In this document: piece by piece, positions 59,729 to 64,000 of the stretch
How the letters are laid out: every line of letters begins with the position of its first letter
Numbering within the stretch: position 1 is the stretch's first letter
Source of the DNA: Azolla caroliniana
Taxonomy: Eukaryota > Plantae > Polypodiophyta
Assembly: GCA_043228905.1 (NCBI GenBank)
Contig: JBHGNT010000015.1
Span: forward strand, 14,446,001 to 14,510,000
Direction: 5' to 3'
Length of the DNA stretch: 64,000 bases
Notes under the pieces: generated by a model
What the model was told of the DNA's origin: nothing
Seen by the model: only the letters and a program-made list of their open reading frames with translations
Databases searched by the model: none
Program-made: the position numbers and the translations under genes

Positions 59729-62700
59729 TTTGAAGTGAATGGTGAGTGGGTATGTCGGCTTTAACTCATCACGATGACGTATATTTGAATATATTTGGCA
59801 AGTTTCACATGTGGACACGAAATGGAGTACATCTTTGTACATGCTTGGCCACCAGTACTTCTCCTTCAATTTTTCGAACGTCGCCCATGTTCCTCTATGA
59901 CCTGCCCAAGCACTCTCGTGGAATTCGGTCATCAGCGTCTCTTGCTCTTCTTTCTTTACCACCACTCGACGTGGTATTCCTGTCCTTCTTTTTGGATGTC
60001 GCCAAAGGAATCCTCCCTTCAAGAAGTATCGATAAGCTTTCTTTCGGATTCGTAGGGCCTCCTCCTTTGTCAATGAAGCATCTGTCGTCAATGTTCTTAG
60101 GAATCTACCGATGAGTAACCACTCTCCTTCGTACTCGTTCTCGTTGAAGGCGTGGAGGGTTTGCGTGTCCTGGTCTTCTGCCGACAATCGAGCCATCTTG
60201 AAGAAGTCGAGGGCGACATCTTCATCTTCCGAAACCATGTTACTTCCATTTGAAAATCTTGCCCCCGAGAGCATGTCAGCCATGGCGTTCTTCTTCCCTG
60301 CGATGTGACGGATCTCTGGGTTTAAAGACTTGATGTAGGCGAACCACCTTAGCATAGCAAGATCTGGGGTCGCACATCCCGAGACCATTCCGAGAATTGG
60401 GAGACAATCTGTCTCTATTATCACTTCTGACCCGATCAGGTAATCTTTGTCCGTCTTCACTGCCGACACAATACCCCAAAGTTCCCGCTTGACTTGGGCA
60501 TATCTTTGTTGCCGTTCGCTGAGAACCTTTGCTCCGAACCGGACGGCATATCGCGCATTATCTTCACCTTCTTGATTGATGACCCACCCGATTCCGGTTG
60601 GGCTCGTATCTACGGTCACGTAAATTGGTTTCCCTTCAGCATAGTCGGCCTTCCTTAGTGCCGGAGCTTCAAGAAGCAGTTTCTTTAATCTTCGCATCGC
60701 CTCTGTGTGCTCGTCTCGCCATTCGAATTTTATTCTTTTCTTTAGTAGTCCATATAACGGTTCGGTGACATGAGCGTAGTGAGGAATCCATATATGATAA
60801 AACGCTCACGCTCCAAGGAACCTTCGAACCTCCGTTTGGTTTTCGCATTCTTCTTTCATGTCTTGGATTGCGTTCACTTTGGATGGCGAGGGCTTTCGGC
60901 CGTATGCTCCACACAAGTGACCTACCACCAAGATCTCCAGTTGCCCGAATGCGGATTTTTCTCCCGAAAATGTCAAATTCGCATCTTCTAGCCTTTGAAG
61001 CACCTTCTCGCAATCTTTCATATGATCCGCAACGAACTTTCTACAACCTTCCTTATCTTTCGATTCATCTTTCTCCTCATCTGAACATCCTTTTATCAGA
61101 ATATCATCCAAGAATGGCATCGTGATGTCCGGAATGCCATCCTTCAAGACTTTATTCATGGCATTCACCATATGAGCCACCGAGTTCGTTGCGCCTTGGG
61201 GTAAGGTACACATCCGCACAAGCCCGATCGGAGTCCTCATGGTTGTAATGTCCCGACTGTCGATTGCCAATTGGAATTGGTCATATCCGGAGTAGAGATC
61301 GCCAATGGAGTAGATGGACCGGCCCGCAAACGCTTCGGCAAATTCGTCCACGCTCGGACCGATTCCGGCATTTCGAATTGTCACCTTGTTGACGGGTTGA
61401 AGATCTTGGATGAATCGCAATGATCCATTCTTCTTCGGCACCGTGAACCACCTATTGGAATAAGGAGCATTCGACGGTTCTAGAATTCCCATACTCACCT
61501 TCTCCTTTAAGAGCTCGATCAGCTTCGAAAGGTGTGCTCTCGGAACCGGTATCGGTTTCAAATTCCAAGGCACATTAGGCACCGTGAAGATCACCATTGG
61601 CTCTATAACCTTTGGGTCGGCGCATCCGATTTCTCGTGTGAAGAATGCGAAAGCCTTCCCATGTCTCTCAAGAATATCGCGAAACATTCGCTCCTCTTCA
61701 GGGAGAAGGAAATCCTCCTTTCCAACTCGTAGCTTCCCCTTCGTCTCTTTGGTGAAGTCATGACCTATCTTCTTCGGATCTCTTAAGCTTGGATCGTTAG
61801 CGACTTCCTTCATCTTTTGCCAGCTATCTTCCGGTAGCGGAACCGCAACTGGCTTGATCTTCTTATCAACCGTTTTATATTTCGTGTTGATGTCAGTTTC
61901 CTTCATCGAGATGCCACGACGGTATTCATCGATGATAGCGTACATGTTGACGGAGTTAACCGAAATCACGCATTGGTTGTGAAGATAGCTCAAGTCCACG
62001 ACGTCCTCGATTTCGCCGATGGTGTCATTAAATGATCCTTCTTCCATAATATGAGTCACGAACTCCTCTTCTTCTATTATGTTCTCTTCTTTCAGCATCT
62101 TCTCGAATTCTTGTATCCGGTGCTTGTGCTTCTTGTCGGGTGGTACTAGTTTACATGCGCCACTAGGTGTGACACATGTTGCTTCTCCTCGCAATCCACG
62201 CACTCTTCTTTCTTGTGGGGTCTTGTGATTGCTCGGACTATTTGTGCCCCATGCTTCAATAGTCCGCTCTAAAAATTCGAGGATTCGCCTCCGAGACTAT
62301 CTCGATTCCTTTCATGATTGGCTCGCACCGTTAGGAATTGGACCGATCTTTGGTTGTCAAGACTCTTTATTCGTGCGAAGGCTGCTCCATTATCAAACAC
62401 TTTGGTCTCCATCCGAGATGATGTGATATAAGGTTGCCCTAGGATGACAGGATGCGACGCCGATTCTTGTACGAAGAAGTGTTGATCCATCTCCACATCC
62501 CCGATCGTGACTTTGACATTGGGACAAGCTCCGTACAAGTCCTCCGTAGACTTTGTTGCCGCGCGAATCTTCCATCCGTGGTTTGTATTGATTGGCCATC
62601 TTCCCTTTTTGTAGAAGTCGGTTGACATGAGGTTGATCTCCGAGCCGTGGTCGATCAAGGCTACCACGGTCTCTTTCTTCTCCCCTATCTTCACCGGCGT

Positions 62701-64000
62701 CTCCGTTGTCGCTCGTGCCCAATGAGGTCGAGTGTAGTGGCTGTCCACCATATCTTCATCGATTTCGTCTCTTGCCATCGTTATGGCATTCGTTTTTGCT
62801 TTTTGCGGCTTCTCTTCTTCCTCGTCCGATTGTTGTCTCTTTCTCTTTACAAGGTCCACGATCGTGTCATGGAACTCCTTCGTAATGCCAAGCAATTCCC
62901 TCAAGGACAAAGTTACGTGGCTATCAAGAACTCGTTCTTCGAGAATCTTCTTTAGGTCCGTCGTCTGCTCTATGTCCGACCTTAGCTTATAGGTAGGTAT
63001 GGTCCTTGTCCTCCGAGCGGGGTCTTCGACACCAACCTTTACGGGCCGAACCGTTTCTTCAACTCGTATGCTCGGCTCCCCTTTTCGGCTTGATTCTCGT
63101 TCCTCCGTTTGTAAAGGTCGACTCGTCTCCGCATCGTCCTTCTTTTTCGCGTTCCTTGTTTCATGTCTTTTTGATGGCCCTTGCTCTTCTATTCTCTTTC
63201 TCTTTTCTTCGACGAACACCTCATGGTTGTCGCACATCACCTCTGCGAGTATGGTGTTGTCGTCCACCGGATCCGACCACCCGGTTATGCTTTGAACGCT
63301 TCGGTCCGCAAGCTCTACCTCGTTCGATGTGATTTTTCCCTTCTTCTCATATTCAAGAACGGAAGTCCAAAACTTTGCTCCCGCTCTAGCAGCTTTAGTC
63401 TTGTCTTTCCCGACTCTTATTCCGGCCGACGCAGCATAGTGCATCACATCCACATGAGTCGCATCGGCATCCTCCATAGATCTCTTCATTCCTCCTCTTC
63501 CGAAATTCACCCGTAGGGGTCTTCTAGTCTCGCTTGAGCAGATCATGTTGTCCTCTATGTATACGATATTTTGTCGAATCGCCTCTCGAAGGCTCGCACA
63601 ATCCCTTCTCATGTGGTCCATGCTATCGCACCACACGCATCTAAAGGGTTCTTTTCCTTTAGGGCCCCGACGATTCATGTTGGCTTGAGTGACCTTCTCG
63701 AACTTCTTCGCTAGCTCTTCAATGATGTTGTCATCAATCTTCTTTTCTTCCACGTTACTTTGTCTTGGTGGCTCAGCTACTTTCGGCGGTCTTGCTTTCT
63801 CCGTGGTAGTCGGTCCCGTCAAGTCGGAGTCATCAACCCATTGGCGACGCTTGTCGAGCCTATTGCATGCCCGCTTCACCGCGATCCAGTCCGCTACGAG
63901 CCCATTTGCTTGGGTATCATCTTCGAGAAGAGTCCCCAACTCCCGTCTATCCTTTATGTCCACGGCCTTCAAGAAGTACAAAGTCTTGTCCTCTTCAAGC
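59729..64000 (-). mobile_element. Element B2: relative of B. Gag-PR (62269 to beyond window) and pol (59729-62270, one stop at 60806), truncated within integrase
   Basis: Proteins are collinear with B, with the FLDD RT motif intact. Confidence 0.9.

Overview
Plant nuclear DNA. The retroelement set suggests a non-seed plant such as a fern or lycophyte (inference). The only host gene is a 7-exon Na+/Ca2+ exchanger-like gene (NCL, 3712-7588, 610 aa, two EF-hands), preceded by probable DNA-transposon ends and a strong heat-shock-element array. From 10.3 kb to the end is a nest of LTR retrotransposons, labelled A-H here. Old minus-strand copia A (10269-47329) hosts three elements: (i) tRNA-Trp-primed gypsy B, which carries chromovirus C, a solo LTR and a captured gag fragment; (ii) intact, very young Tork/Tnt1-like copia D; (iii) copia E, which carries chromovirus F. 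A second nest follows: copia H, young D-relative G, a solo LTR, and truncated relatives C2 and B2. Having two diverged copies of families B and C allows covariation checks. These point to -1 frameshift cassettes (one after the protease), a self-priming PBS, an LTR heat-shock array, a conserved antisense tRNA-like A/B-box hairpin at the LTR tip, and family-specific motif enrichment (CCGG, TAGTACTA). All counts and alignments were done by eye.
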